From Sphyrna mokarran (Eukaryota): DNA of 64,000 bases. Below, one piece after another: positions 25,187-37,498 of this stretch (positions are counted from its first letter, which is position 1; each line of letters opens with the position of its first letter). The notes under the pieces were generated by a model. That model searched no databases and had not been told where the DNA came from. It saw only the letters and a program-made list of their open reading frames with translations. The stretch is taken from assembly GCA_024679065.1 (NCBI GenBank), contig JAGIQG010000003.1, positions 98,394,001-98,458,000 of the forward strand. The letters run 5' to 3'. A program made the position numbers and the translations under genes.

Positions 25187-25410
25187 TATGGAGATGCCAG
25201 TGTTGGACTGGGGTAAGCACAGTAAGAGGTCTTACAACACCAGGTTAAAGTCCAACAGGTATATTTGGCAGCACAAACTTTTGGCGCACTGCTCCTTCAT
25301 CAGATGCTTGAGGACTTGTGTTCACAAACAGGGCATGTACAGACACAACTCAATTTACAAGATAATGGTTGGAATGAAAGTTTTTACAAGTAATCAAGCC
25401 TTAAAGGGCC
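25187..25410 (-). mobile_element. Penelope terminal-repeat fragment inserted in the Harbinger
   Basis: GGAGATGCCAGTGTTGGACTGGGG…CAACACCAGGTTAAAGTCCAACAGG…GCTCCTTCATCAG is a common shark PLE end. Confidence 0.75.
25271..25307 (-). ncRNA. Degenerate minimal hammerhead ribozyme
   Basis: The reverse strand reads GCAU-CUGAUGA-AGGAGCAGUGCGCC-AAAA-GUUU-GUGC: CUGAUGA core and stem II are present, but GAAA is mutated to AAAA. Confidence 0.55.
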
Positions 25411-26359
25411 AGAGCAGGCTCTGCCTGGAAGGCTGCAGCCAGTGACATGGCTGCATATTCTTCAATTGTTGAAGATGCCTTGATCACTGGCAGAGGGATA
25501 GTAGTGGGGGCAATAAGTGTCCGGTGTCAAGGGCTGGGAAGAGGAGGCGACCCACCAGTTTGTAAGGAATGCTGTGAGAGGAGTGCAGACAGATGGCAGG
25601 CAGAGTGCATCGCTTCTGGACCTCCTGCTCACCAGTGATAGACAGGAACGTGGCAGAAAGTAGCCACTCATGGTGAGATTGCTCCAGGAATTGCACTGGG
25701 ACCTGTAAGTATTTACACTGGCAATGACCCCAGAAGGTCATTATTGGTGTGAGAAGTGGAAGAGTTACCTAGGTTCTCTGTGAAAGTCACCACTGTCAAT
25801 GCAGGAGGCTGTGTGCTTAGGGATCAAGGTGAATGTATTGTTCCAGTTCTGAGTAGACTCCTCCATGACAGATATGGGACACAAACCCTGCAGAACTCTA
25901 TTAGATCTTCCCATGCATCATGCTGGACATCCAGCATTTTTCATCTGATGGATGATTCCAGAGTTCATCATCTGCCTCAAACTCAGCATGGTCCTGACTT
26001 CCAGCAGTTCTCCCCACTCATGTTCCAAGTCAGAGCATCCATCTCAAATGTGGACGGGCTCAGGATATTGGGCGCCCCCATAATCATTCTGTGTACTCTG
26101 CATTGTGGCTTCTCTTCTGAACTTGAACAATTGTATTCATTAGTCCAGTCTTTATCTGCTACACCATTCTCAGCCTTTACTGGGATTCCTCACCCTTCCA
26201 TGTACAAAAAGTGAACAGTCAAATTTACCATGCTTGGCATGCACAGGCATATGTGCCCTTTGGCACTATGCAGCTCTCAACCTGAGTACTGCTATTTACA
26301 CCTACTCTCCAAGACATCTGTACTCAGCAGCATGCCAAGGTGGTACTCACTCGTGTGGT

Positions 26360-26490
26360 GTGCAGAAGATCAGTGAATTATTTCTGGCACTGGATCCATG
26401 TATGGTGTACCACATCATGCCTGCTCATGGCAACGCAGCCACCACTGACCATGCCTCCTTCATCTGGTGGGTTGCCTCCTCTTGCCGGCT
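26360..26490 (-). pseudogene. Harbinger Myb/SANT-like gene remnant
   Basis: The reverse strand gives KEAWSVVAA…(frameshift)…HDVVHHTWIQCQK*FTDL (cf. TW.QCRKKF.DL). Confidence 0.65.
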
Positions 26491-27609
26491 CATGATGTTG
26501 AATAGTTCACACTGGCCACTTACTGCTCCCACTACACACAAGCTGCCATCTGAAAATTATAAGGCTGAGTACCCACCAGTTTTGGCATTCCGCCTGCATG
26601 CCTCCTAGGTAAAGCCATCACATGCCAGATTTTCCACTGTCTTGTTGACAACTTCACTGGGCTCCTCCCCAACTCCTGGCAACCTTCAGGGAGCTGGCTA
26701 AGCTCATTTTAAACCCCTTGACCCAACCAAGGTTGCCATTGGGCCACATTCCCAGCCTCATTGGTAGCACTGCACCAATGTCTGACTGTATTTCACACTG
26801 ACCATTAATTGGCCAGCCAGCATGAAACCACATCTTTCCAGTGATGTTCATGAGTGGACTTAGATACTACAACTACCTCCAGGCCTGTTAATCACACACA
26901 TTCAATGAGAGCAAAATTCAGGCCAAGTAACTGAAGCATGCTTCTAATGTCACTATCATTGCTTCTTAAAATGAAAAGAGGCCTGGACCTCTCTAATACA
27001 GCATTGCAAGGAGACAAAATCTGAGAAGAGAAGTGAATCTTTTGAAAAATTAAAATTTGCATTTTCACGAGATTCAGTTAAAAACAACATCCACCTCATA
27101 TCAAATTTTGCATTTTGACAACATATTCCAGAGCTCTGCAATAAGTTCAACAATAACCAGCAGAGGTGGCCTTAAAAACACACTGTGATTCAGAATTTGT
27201 GCAGAAGGCACACCAATGATTTTTTTTAGGACGAATCTTGTCCTGAAGTAGTTGCAACAGTAGTATTAACTGCTGCAGTGCTAACGTTAAACATGCAGTA
27301 TAGTCTTTATTATTCATACTTAACACAGGCTGGTGTTAGGGTGTGTTGTGAAATCAGTTTAGCACTTCTGCCCTATCCTTAGTCTTGCTTAACCAGAATT
27401 TTCAAGAAACTTCAAACTATAACTCGACACATGTTTTAAAGGAATAAAAAATTTGAACGTATACACTTGCAATTTGAGGAGTCCTGTGATATGGGAACTA
27501 ATGCAGCACGGAGATGCATTTGGCTATACCTTGAATGACAACAATCAAATTGAAGCTGTTCAACTTCCATGAGGACTGCAGATGCAAAGAAGCCATTTGA
27601 CAGTTCTAT

Positions 27610-27770
27610 TTGATTTACTCGTTTGTGGGATGTGTGTGGCTCTGGCTAGGTCAGCATTTATTACCCATCCCTGTCTGCCCTTGAGAAGGTGGTGGTGGGC
27701 CACTTTTTTGAGCTGCTGCGGTCCCATCTGGTATAGCTACAAATATGATGGAAGGGAAGTTCCAGGAGGT
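27610..27770 (-). mobile_element. LINE/SINE 3' tail fragment
   Basis: GGGATGTG…CAGCATTTATTACCCATCCCT…TGCCCTTGAGAAGGTGGTGGTG is the reverse of the tail also seen at 47740-47808. Confidence 0.65.
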
Positions 27771-27789
27771 CATGGAGTTAAGATACTAG

Positions 27790-28720
27790 CATAGCTGGAG
27801 GATTGATTTGCTAATAAGAAACAGGGAATATGTATACAGATGGGTCATTTTTGGGTTGGCCTGATGTGACAAGTGGAGAGCCAAAGGGGTCAGGGTTAGG
27901 GCCTCAATTACTTGGATGACTGAATGTATAGTAGCTAAATTTGCCAGTGGCATCAAGATAGATAGGAAAGTAAGTTGTGAAGAGAACATAGGTTAGGTTG
28001 AGTGGTCAAAAATTTGGCAGGTAAGAGCATAATGCAGGGAAACATAAATGTGTTCTTTGGCAGGAAAAGTAGAAAAGCAGCATTTTATTTAAAAGGAGAC
28101 AGATTGCAGAACTCCTGAGGTACTGAGGCTTGTGGATGTCTTGGTTCATGAATCAAGAAAAATAAGCAAGCAAATGATTAGGAAGGCAAATACAATGTTG
28201 TCATGTATTGCAAGGGGAATTGAATTTGAAATTGGGGATATTTAGTTGTACAGGGCATTGAGAGCATTGGAGCATTGTGTTCTCCTTATTTGAGAAAGGA
28301 TGCATATGTGTGAGAAGCAGTTACAAGAAGGTTCGCTTGACCAATACCTGGAATTTGGAGGTGGAAGAGGGGGAGAAGTGTGGGGAAGAGGGGTTATCTT
28401 ATAAGGAAAGACTGAGAGATGATCTTATTGAAAGATACAAGATCCTGAGGAGATGATGGGGTGAATGCTGGAAGCATGTTTCAGCTTGTGTGAAAGACTA
28501 GAATGGAGACGGTGGGGGAACAGTTTAAAAATAACAGGTGTGTCATTTCCTTGGAGATGAGACGAAATTTTTTCTTAAGGTGTTGAAAGTCTTTGGAACT
28601 CTGTTCCCCAGATAGCGGTGGCAGTAGGATATTAAATAGTTTTAAGACAAAGTTAGATCGATACTTAACCTACAACTCCCATGGTAGACATCAAGAGTAG
28701 GTAAAATATGGGGTTGAGAC
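27790..28720 (+). mobile_element. Degenerate CR1 RT fragment
   Basis: Remnants of WL..RKQ, VAKFA..IKI.RKVSCEE, IRKAN.ML..IARGIE and DLIERYKIL. Confidence 0.8.
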
Positions 28721-28729
28721 TCTTGTTGC

Positions 28730-29020
28730 ATATCATTGAATGTTATACTTCAAGTGCTTATCCAAATATTGTTTAAAGGTTGTAAGTTTTCTAGCTTCCA
28801 CCATCTTTCCAGGCGGTGCATTGCACATTTTCACACCAAGTGATTTTTTCTTTCTTAAATTCCCTCTGAATCTCCTGTTCCTCATTCTAAAACAAGGTCC
28901 CTTCATTATTGATCCCTCAACCAAAGGAAACAGTGCTTCCTATTCATCCTGTCCATACCCTCATAATATTATATACCTCAATCATGTCCCCTGTCAGCCT
29001 TTTCTGCTGGAAAAGAAATA
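28730..29020 (-). mobile_element. CR1 3' fragment (inverted)
   Basis: ORF 28733-28924(-) …RRFRGNLRKK…CNAPPGKMVEARKLTTFKQYLDKHL matches the CR1 ORF2 C-terminus. Confidence 0.75.
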
Positions 29021-29250
29021 AAGGGGGAAGATAAGGAAAAAAATTTCACTCAGAAGATTGTGAGGGTCTGAAACTCACTACCTGAAAGGCAGCAGAAGCA
29101 AAAATCCTCAACTCATTTGAAAGATCCCTGCAGGAATATGGATCAAATGCTGGAAAGTGTGATTAGATTGGGGAGCTTGTTTTTCAACTTGTACAAACAC
29201 AAGAGGCCGGGAGCTCTTTCTGTGCTGTAAACTTTCTCTACTTCTATTAG
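29020..29250 (+). mobile_element. CR1 3' end
   Basis: TTCACTCAGAAGATTGTGAGGGTCTGAAACTCACTACCTGAAAGG…TTCTGTGCTGTAAACTTTCT tail. Confidence 0.7.
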
Positions 29251-29922
29251 ATGATAGTTAAAATCTCTTCCAACTGCAAGGATTACAAATGTACCCTTAA
29301 ACAATTGACTCTTAGGATAGTCTCCAAAAGCCAAAGCTTCAGGAACATCTTTTGGGACATTAGTATAGCTGGGCATTTTGTGAATCAATTCCACTTAAAA
29401 ATTGATACGTCAAGTTGTTGTAAGAAATATACAGCCTGAGCCATGTATGTGTGAATCTTGAGACCTTACTGATTTCTTCTGGCCAAATGAAGTGATGCTG
29501 GGAGTCTGATACTGGTAATCAGTAGTCAACAGTGTGCACACTTGTATATATTCTGTCAAATAATTACATTTTGATCATTGTGGAATAATTTACAAGTTTT
29601 GACTAATCATTAGAAAACAGTCAATATATCACATTAATTCACTAATAAACTGATTTAAATCAGGAAGTGCTTTAGTCCTGAAATTAATTGCAAACTGAGA
29701 TATTAAAACATATCACCCTCTAATTTGTGCTTTAAATTAAACATAATCTGACGTAAATTCTATTTTAGAAGTGAATATTTATGGTCACCAAGAATAATAG
29801 CACTCAGGATTAGAATACTTCCAATTTGAGACAACGCATGATCTGTATTAAGCACACCTTGGCATCAGAGCCAGCTAGAAAGTCCCCTCCCTTTGACTTT
29901 GAAAGCATACCCAACAGTAGAT

Positions 29923-30151
29923 AAAGGTAAAGTTGCCATCGTGCTAGATGACTGTAGGCTGCTTTCCCCTTTAAGAGGGAGATCTGACTGGTTGTGATTT
30001 AACCTGAGGATCACCACACTTTAGGCAAAGGACAACCTTGAAAAGGCAGGCCTTCATGAATAACCTCAGCCGGTAGAAGAATTGAATCCAAGCTGTTGGC
30101 ATCACTCTGCATCGAGAACCAGCAGTCCAGCCAACTGAGCTAAACCAACCC
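29923..30151 (-). mobile_element. tRNA-derived SINE with ACTTTACCTTT tail
   Basis: On the reverse strand: A box TAGCTCAGTTGG, B-box-like GGATTCAATTC, and end GGCAACTTTACCTTT. Confidence 0.75.
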
Positions 30152-30588
30152 TCAGTTCTCCTTACTCTCCGACTGTGGTATTTCTGTTTCTCATATTTTG
30201 TGCAGTTTTGTGTTTTTGGTGGGGGGGGGGGGAAGGAATTAGTTTGAAATAGTTTTATTTCATATCAAATCTTCCCAGTCAGTAGTGTGTGAGGCCTTCC
30301 AAATTTCAGGATGGTGAGATTGCAGCTATGTTCGTGAGGTGAGGGCAGGAGAATTAACTAACATCAAGTGTCAATGTATAATAGTAGAACTACTAGTTAA
30401 GTACTCTACCAAAATCTGCAGATCAGCTGGAAGGTTTTCCAAGGTTAGTTTCTAAATTAGACCGTATATTTTCCTGAAAATGGAAATCTGAATAGCTCTG
30501 ACTAGATCTGATATATACTTACACAAAACATTATTAGTTAGACTTGTCAATGGTCTGACGTTTTGTCAAGTAGAATATTAATAATTAT

Positions 30589-30724
30589 GGGTGGGATTTT
30601 CTAGCCATGTTCATCCCCAGACTGGAAGTTCCTATTCAAGGTCAATGAACCTTTGCCTTGTCTACCAAATTCTCTGTCCTGCCTACTACAGTTCCTGTGA
30701 TGGGTAGGGCAGGAAGATTCCAAC
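30589..30724. mobile_element. Harbinger-type MITE
   Basis: About 135 bp bounded by GGGTGGGATTTTC … GAAGATTCCAAC. Resembles 47431-47557. Confidence 0.55.
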
Positions 30725-32069
30725 ATATGTTTCTGAAAACTTCATACAAAGCCATTTAATTGTCTAAGATGCCATTTTTGTTTCACCACTGGTGTCAACA
30801 GTTAGCAGTATGAATGAAAGAAGTTGATTACTTACCAGCAGTACGATAACTCCTGGTGCTGTCGGTAAAAATATTGGCCACCCACCACCTGCATGCTCTT
30901 ATCTTGTGACCTAGAAATAAAAAGATACAAGGCAAACTTTGGCTAAAGCAGAACTAAGATAATATTATAGTAGGAGGTCATGGTCACAGAAAATGAAATA
31001 CATCTTGAGGGAGGTTGTATTCTGATACAAAATTTAAGTAGGAAGCAAATGTTTAATTTTCTCTTAAGGAATTTGCTAAATATGGGATACAGTGAATGGA
31101 GAAGGAATTGTATTAGGAGAGTATATCAGTATATCATCAGTGAGTAATCTATATTTCTTATAATTCATTGCACTGCTGGGTTGTGAAGTGGATTTAAGTT
31201 TAAATGGCAATTTATATAAAATATCTCGTACAGCTCCCACAAGTATCAATCAGAGTTCTTCCTTTAGAGGTTTCAGTCTATCTCTAAGCCTGTATTTTAC
31301 TTTCTTTATTTGACACCTGCTGTTTGTAATCTTACAGCTCTTGAACTGCAGTTAAAAGAAATTCTGGAACAGAAAAGCTGACCTTTGGTAATATGAAAAA
31401 ATATCCAGACAACTATAAATGTCCAGCTGTGCTTGTCGTTTTGTGTTGGGTCTTCATCACTTTGCTCAGTTTCACTTAATAACATCTTCATCACTGTAGT
31501 GCAGGGAACTGCGTTTGCTGATCAAATTCAATCGGATAACATTCTGATCCAGTAGCCTAAAACAGCAGAGATGTGCTTCGAATATACAAATATGAAGCAA
31601 TGTGATTGATTGATTCTGTTTGTCCCAGATAAAGATAAATACCGTGTGCCATTCAACAAAAAACACAGAATTAAGAATTAAGGGCAACACAGGCCTTCCC
31701 AAAACTGAGGAATACATGGACAGAATGATGGAATTAACAATAACTGTATACATGAGATTCCTTAAAAAATAGAGGCAGCAAGTGTTCACCTTACATTTAT
31801 AAAAATCTACATTTAGAACAAAGAACAAAATTTAGTTTGTTCAAATTTAAGAACAAACAAATTCAAATTTAGTTAGTTCAAAATTAAGAGCAAATTTAGT
31901 GAATTTAGTTTGAATGACATGTATACCAGCAGCATTATCCAATAGTTTGGTTCCAATTATCAAATTTTTGATGTTTAAAATTAAAATGCCTCGCTATGAA
32001 TTTTATAATTCTAATAATTTTATGAATTAAAATTCAAAATTAATATCTTTGCACGTCTTAAATTAATAA

Positions 32070-32194
32070 GGCTGGAATTTTACCACCTTGCCCTCCCCAG
32101 AATCAGGACAGGTGAGGCTCGCAGAACAGAAATCTCTATTGGCCTCAGGCAGAATTTTCTGATCTTGCCCGAACGAGGTCATAAAATCCTGCCC
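32070..32194. mobile_element. Harbinger-type MITE with TAA target duplication
   Basis: TAA|GGCTGGAATTTTA … TAAAATCCTGCCC|TAA: TIRs plus the 3-bp TAA TSD diagnostic of PIF/Harbinger. Confidence 0.8.
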
Positions 32195-34349
32195 TAAGTA
32201 TCAGTGAATTGGTATGAAAACAATTCAATGATAAATTGAATCAGCCAGAAATAAATCCGATTGACATATAGGTATGGCAAAGGCAAGATATCCAAAGGGT
32301 AAAATATGTTAAGATCTGTATCTTATCCTAGATTCTCCCTTTTCTAGGACAATAGGCAAGAAAAAAAAACAGATGTGGGAAAAAGGAGACACTAACGGGC
32401 TATGGAGAAATTGTATATAATATAGCTAATGCAGAAGGCTCTGGTGAATTATGAACCTTAGGTGGGTGGGGTTGAGAGGTTGGTAAGAAATTACATCCTC
32501 TCTCTCCACAACTTAGCTTCACTGCAGATTACAAATGATACAAAGTATACAAGACTTGTCAGTGTTAAGTTGCATTTGCTAAGTGCAGACAGTATCAGGA
32601 AAGTGCTGTATACTATTCCAAGTGGGACAGATCTCTTCAGTAAAAGCTGATAATTAGTTCCTTATCTGAAAAAAATCAGGTGAGGTGTAGAAGCAGTGGG
32701 TTTTTTGTGTTTATAAATGGCACATGAGGAAAACACATATCACCTTACCACTCTCCAGATAAAAAAAGAAAGACTTTAATCGACAGTTAGTATTTTTAAT
32801 GTAAATGTGTCAGATAACCAATGGAGTTAAAGAGTTATGAAAATCTTGTTGAGTGGTGTGTGTTAAATTGAAATAGGTGCCATGGGGAATTAAGGTCCCC
32901 TTGTGTTCTGCTAGATGTAAACCTATCCTAGTTCCTGCCTTTTCTTTTTTCTTTTTATCCTGTAGTGCTGCTAGACTATTAGAAATACCGTCTAGGGTAA
33001 TCTTTATAATGCAGGTATTGTTTTGTGAGAAAATTCATACATTTGAATGAAATGCATAAAGTGGAAGAGTTCAGTTTTAATGATAACAATATACCCCTAC
33101 ACTATATGACTTGTTTTCCTTGGCAGGAGCCTCCGGGATAAGCATGACATATTTATGCAGAGGGCTGGTATTCGGTTTGGAATTTACACGTATGGATGAT
33201 GAACTAAACAGACCCCAATTGTTGCTTTCCTTCCTTGCCTATGGAAATCTGAAGTTATTGCAGACAAGTCTGAACCCATCTACGCCGCATTTGGTCACTA
33301 GAATTAATAAATAATTGAATTCTTGGATGATCCACAGAGATGAAAGGCTATGCAACTCTGCAATGCAAGAAGTTTAAATTAAAAAATCGTTGCTGGCACA
33401 AAGTTTATATAACAGTAGTCTGTTTGTTCTGTATTTCAGCACCTGAGTTTGAGCCAGAACACAATTGTCTTCCGTATGTTTCAGACAGATACTGAGGGAA
33501 ACATGCAAACAAAATAAAAGACTGGACTTAAACTTGAAGACTTGAACTTAAACTGTTTACACTCTTTTTGGTTTATTGCTGTGGTTGAATCTTGGTTAAT
33601 GGATTTTATATTGCAGCCCTCAGAAAATTAATGAATAATAGCTTTACTCCTTAACTTTTCTCCATGCATAATATATTACAATAAAAGAAGTTAAGTTTCT
33701 TTGAACTGGAGTTTTTTTTAACATTTTGCCACTTTATATATGAAGCATCTGTACGAGATATGACAATTGGAACTAACTGAGTATTTCCATTCTGAACAAG
33801 TGATAAAGCAGAAAGAAATAAGTCATTACTCAGCATCTTCAGTGTTTTAAAAAAAAGGGGGTGTTATAATGGAGCAATACAGAAAATGACATGACAGACA
33901 TTTGTGACAGCACTAAAGTGATATACTTTTCCATGTCATTAATTCATTCATTGAAATTTTTCGGTTTTGACAATATGCACCTGTTTGCTATCCGAAAAAA
34001 ATGTTATACTGATTTTCTGTGGATTTTGAGTAGTGTATTTTCAAGTGTAAAGGAGCAATAGAACCGCTCCAAATGTACAGCAGTTTCCAGAAAAACAGAT
34101 TCTTATTACATATTTTTGTACCAAAATACTTTTGCAGTCTTGAAAGAATTAATTTAGCAATGTTTCAATGTTAGAAATGGCCAGCAAAGCCAACCCCTGC
34201 CTCTAGTTTTAAAGATATCAATGTTTTACATACCAGGATATTTGGAAAATATATAATTTATCATTGAAAGATTTCAATGTTGGATAAACATCCTTTCTGA
34301 ATAACTCCTAAGGTATGCATCTGTGGTGCCATTTTATTTTCTAATAAAG

Positions 34350-35040
34350 TTTTCCCTCTACCAGGGCAGCTTTTGGTGGTTAGATATCATTGCAAAAATG
34401 TTATTTTCTATTTTTTGTGATTGCTTAGTAGGTTCCATCTGTTTTCATAGCACTTTACTAAGTATGTATTTAATTATTTTCTTAAAAAGATCATGTTTTC
34501 TTGATGACAGAGATTGCGTTTTTAGTTTTCTACTAATATAGTAGGTGTGCTTCTGGTTTTCCAGGTACTTAGATGCATACGTAGAATATGCCTGACTTTC
34601 TTGTTGGATTAGTGGTAATATGTCTTGTTTCCTAGTGGTTATGAGTATGTTTCTGGTTTTCCTAGTGGTGTAGTAAGTGCATGTCAGGTTTATCTTATGC
34701 TTAAGCGATAAATAATTGGTTTACTGGTTTAGCAAGGATGTGCCTGAGTTTCTTGATGTTTAGTAATGGTATTTCTTGAATTACTGGCCATTGAAGTAGG
34801 CCTGGTCTTTTAGACATGGAGCCCATTACAAATCTAGGGAGCATCGGCATTTGTTCTCGTAGAGGTTCAGTTTAATAAGAATGTGCCCAGTTTTCATAGC
34901 GGTTTAGTAGGTACACATCTGATATTTTTATGTTCAGTCTGCCTTGCTTTGTTGGCCACAGGTCCAGTTTTTGTGGTGATTTAATGGGAGGAAATGTGGT
35001 TTTCTTATTGATTCGAGGTTACATGAATGGTTTAAAGAAG
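34350..35040. repeat. Highly degenerate minisatellite, period about 30-32 bp
   Basis: Recurrent units approximating AGTAGGTATGTGCCTGGTTTTCCTAGTGGTTT, e.g. near 34540, 34610, 34640, 34730 and 34875. Confidence 0.65.
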
Positions 35041-36554
35041 GAGAAAATTAAATAATGCTTTTATTTAGTGCCTGCACATCCCCAGGAAGTGCCAAGGTGC
35101 ATTACATAAATTGTCAGTTAATCGGTTCTGGCAATATTGGTTAAGGACTAAATATTAGCCAGGATAGAAGGAAATACCTCTACCCGTCCCCTCCACCTCC
35201 TTTCCATTCTTTGAATAGTGCCAGGAATGGTGGTGTAATGATGGGTGTGTGTCCTAACCATTGCACATGATGATGGGTCTATTTTTAAGTTTTTATGATG
35301 CAGTGTTTCTTTGAGTTCTTACAGCTTAGTGATATGCATACAGCTTCGGTGATTTGATAGTGATTATTCAATGTTTGCATTGGCCTTTATTAAATTCAGA
35401 TTCAAAAAGTGAGGATTGTAAACTATGAATTGGTACCATATTAATTAGTTGTAGTTTTCTTTAATTACATTTAGAATTTAGGAAAGTTTCATTTCTGAAA
35501 TTATTTTACAGAGGTTGCGAGTGTTTTTAGAAAGTTTGAATTAAGTACCTAAATTGTATGAGAATCACAGCATTAGAAAGTGTTATTTATAAATATTTGT
35601 AATATTTCTATTGAAAATGCATTAAACAGTTGCTTTATTTTCAAATTGCATTTTTATGCATCTTCATAAAATTTGAGTTGCATTTGTTACTATAATATTT
35701 ATTTGAAATTGCACTATAGTGGTTGTAAACTGAAATGCTCATCATCAAGGCTGTTAAAATTGAGTTTCTCCTTCCAGCAGACTCCTTTATGCCTCCCAGC
35801 TGTATACACAGTACTCCTTGAATAAAAACTATTTCTGTAAATCAGTACAAGTAATCTGTAAAAGTAATAAAAAGAATCTCTGACTTTAAGGTGTGGTTTT
35901 GGCCATAGGAGGGTTAATGAGTTATTGAGTGACTTCTTGCTGGAGGACATCTATGTTGTTACTTGTTTTGCTGCCATGACAATGTCATTCTTCATGCTTT
36001 ATAAATAACACACAGTAATACAGAAAAAACATTTTAAATACAAAAGAGTTTAGGTTCATCACAAGGCCAGAACTGAAGTCCACTCATGTTGTTATAATAC
36101 TCATAGCTGCTTGTAGAGTAGGTTAACTTTTATGTATCTGGAACTTTTTCTGCATTAGAAGTAATGCAGAGAAATAAGACTGCAAAATTGGATTATAGAA
36201 TATTGTTTGTGGGACATTGATTATGTTAAATACTGCTCGAAAATCTTGTAGCTTTTGTGTTGAGCTGGAATAATGAAAGAGGTTCACTATCATTTTTAAG
36301 TAGGACCCCCGTTCCAGCACTATTTATGGGGATCATGAGCCATTTCTAGGTTAATTGCTGACTATTCTGGTTGATGATGCAAATATTGCAGCTTTCCTAT
36401 TCTTGGCTAAAGATCAAACAGTATGGGAATTGGAAATTGTCTGTGTTTTTACTGTATTAATTAAAATAATATATTACTAATATATTAAATGTATATTATA
36501 TTAAACATACTATGTAAATGAATATTATTAAATACACATTTGTTGATTTAAAAG

Positions 36555-36914
36555 ATAAAAGCAAATACTGCAGATGCTGGAATCTGAAACAAAAACAGAA
36601 AACACCGGAAAATCTCAGCAGGTCTGACAGCATCTGTTGAGAGAGAATAGAGCCAATGTTTTGAGTCTGGGTGACCCTTCATCAGAGCTAGGTCATGAAG
36701 GAATCATGACCACTCCTAGGATAAAGGTTATTTATTTGCAGATGAGGTATCTATGGGCTGCACGTCAAGAGGGAGTCTTTGAAAAAGTTCAGATTCCTGA
36801 GAGACACAGAGAGACTCTGAAGATAGGGTCATCCAAACTCAAAACGTTGATTCTATTCTCTCTTAACAGATGCTGTCAGACCTGCTGAGATTTTCTGGCA
36901 TTTTCAGTTTTTGT
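36555..36914. mobile_element. Short Penelope-derived element with inverted terminal repeats
   Basis: 36590-36690 and 36815-36914 are inverted copies (CTCAGCAGGTCTGACAGCATCTGTT / AACAGATGCTGTCAGACCTGCTGAG). They are homologous to the end of the GIY-YIG element at 12745. Confidence 0.85.
36648..36690 (-). ncRNA. Degenerate minimal hammerhead ribozyme
   Basis: The reverse strand reads AGCU-CUGAUGA-A-GGGUC-ACCCA-GACUC-AAAAC-AUUG-GCUCU: intact CUGAUGA, 5-bp stem II, GAAAC changed to AAAAC. Confidence 0.6.
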
Positions 36915-37362
36915 GTTGAATTAAAAGCTTGGGTTGAAATAATTTGATTCCAGAATGTGGATGAATTTGATAATTGCTGCAGGCAGCACAACTGAAGGCT
37001 CAGAGTAGGGCAAGGGCAGTATTGCCAGTGGTTTCAAGTGTAATTGACTTTCCCATAGTCTGCTGCTTCAGATACTAGCAAACTTCTCACAGTTTGCCAT
37101 GCAATACTGCATAAAAGAAGTCAATGTGGGTCACTATCCACAGAATGACAGATTCTCTCTTGCTAGAAATGAACAGCCAGGTGAGCATGAAGGTTTGCAT
37201 GGATTATAGGCAGCCATTGACGACACACATTATTTTGGGTGTATCTCATGAATCTGGCCTCTTCCAAGGACTTTTGGTATGTGACCATAGGCACCTCATT
37301 TGCAGATACATAAACATTATCCTGGAAGTAATCATGATCCCTTCATCCTCTGTGCTAACTCT

Positions 37363-37498
37363 GGCTGGAAATCTCTGACTTCTCCTGAATCTGGGATTCT
37401 CTGGTCCCACTGCTGTTACTGGAGATTTGTCTGAGTGCTAAATTCTCCGTTCTCACTGGCAGTAGTTGCAGAGCATACAAGACTGGTGAATTCCTGCC
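37363..37498. mobile_element. Harbinger-type MITE
   Basis: GGCTGGAAATCTC … GTGAATTCCTGCC. The internal AAATTCTCCGTTCTCACTGGCAGT is shared with the copy at 51197. Confidence 0.7.

Larger units (their letters stand above)
23339..26924. mobile_element. Decayed autonomous-type PIF/Harbinger DNA transposon (two genes)
   Basis: Transposase remnant on +, Myb-like remnant on -. Degenerate termini GGTCAGGACTTT … AAAATTCAGGCC resemble the GGGCTGGAATTT-type TIRs of MITEs elsewhere in the window. Confidence 0.7.

Noticed and set aside
27157-27172. CTCF-like CCAGCAGAGGTGGC
   Set aside because: It deviates from the consensus in the GGC core spacing; too weak without data.
30080-30151. tRNA gene
   Set aside because: It has A/B boxes but no complete cloverleaf, and it continues into a SINE body and tail.
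31810-31915. Imperfect CAAATTTAGTT/AAGAACAAA repeats
   Set aside because: Low-complexity slippage product with no further structure.
34350-35040. CRISPR-like array
   Set aside because: Eukaryotic context, no invariant repeat with unique spacers, and no cas genes.
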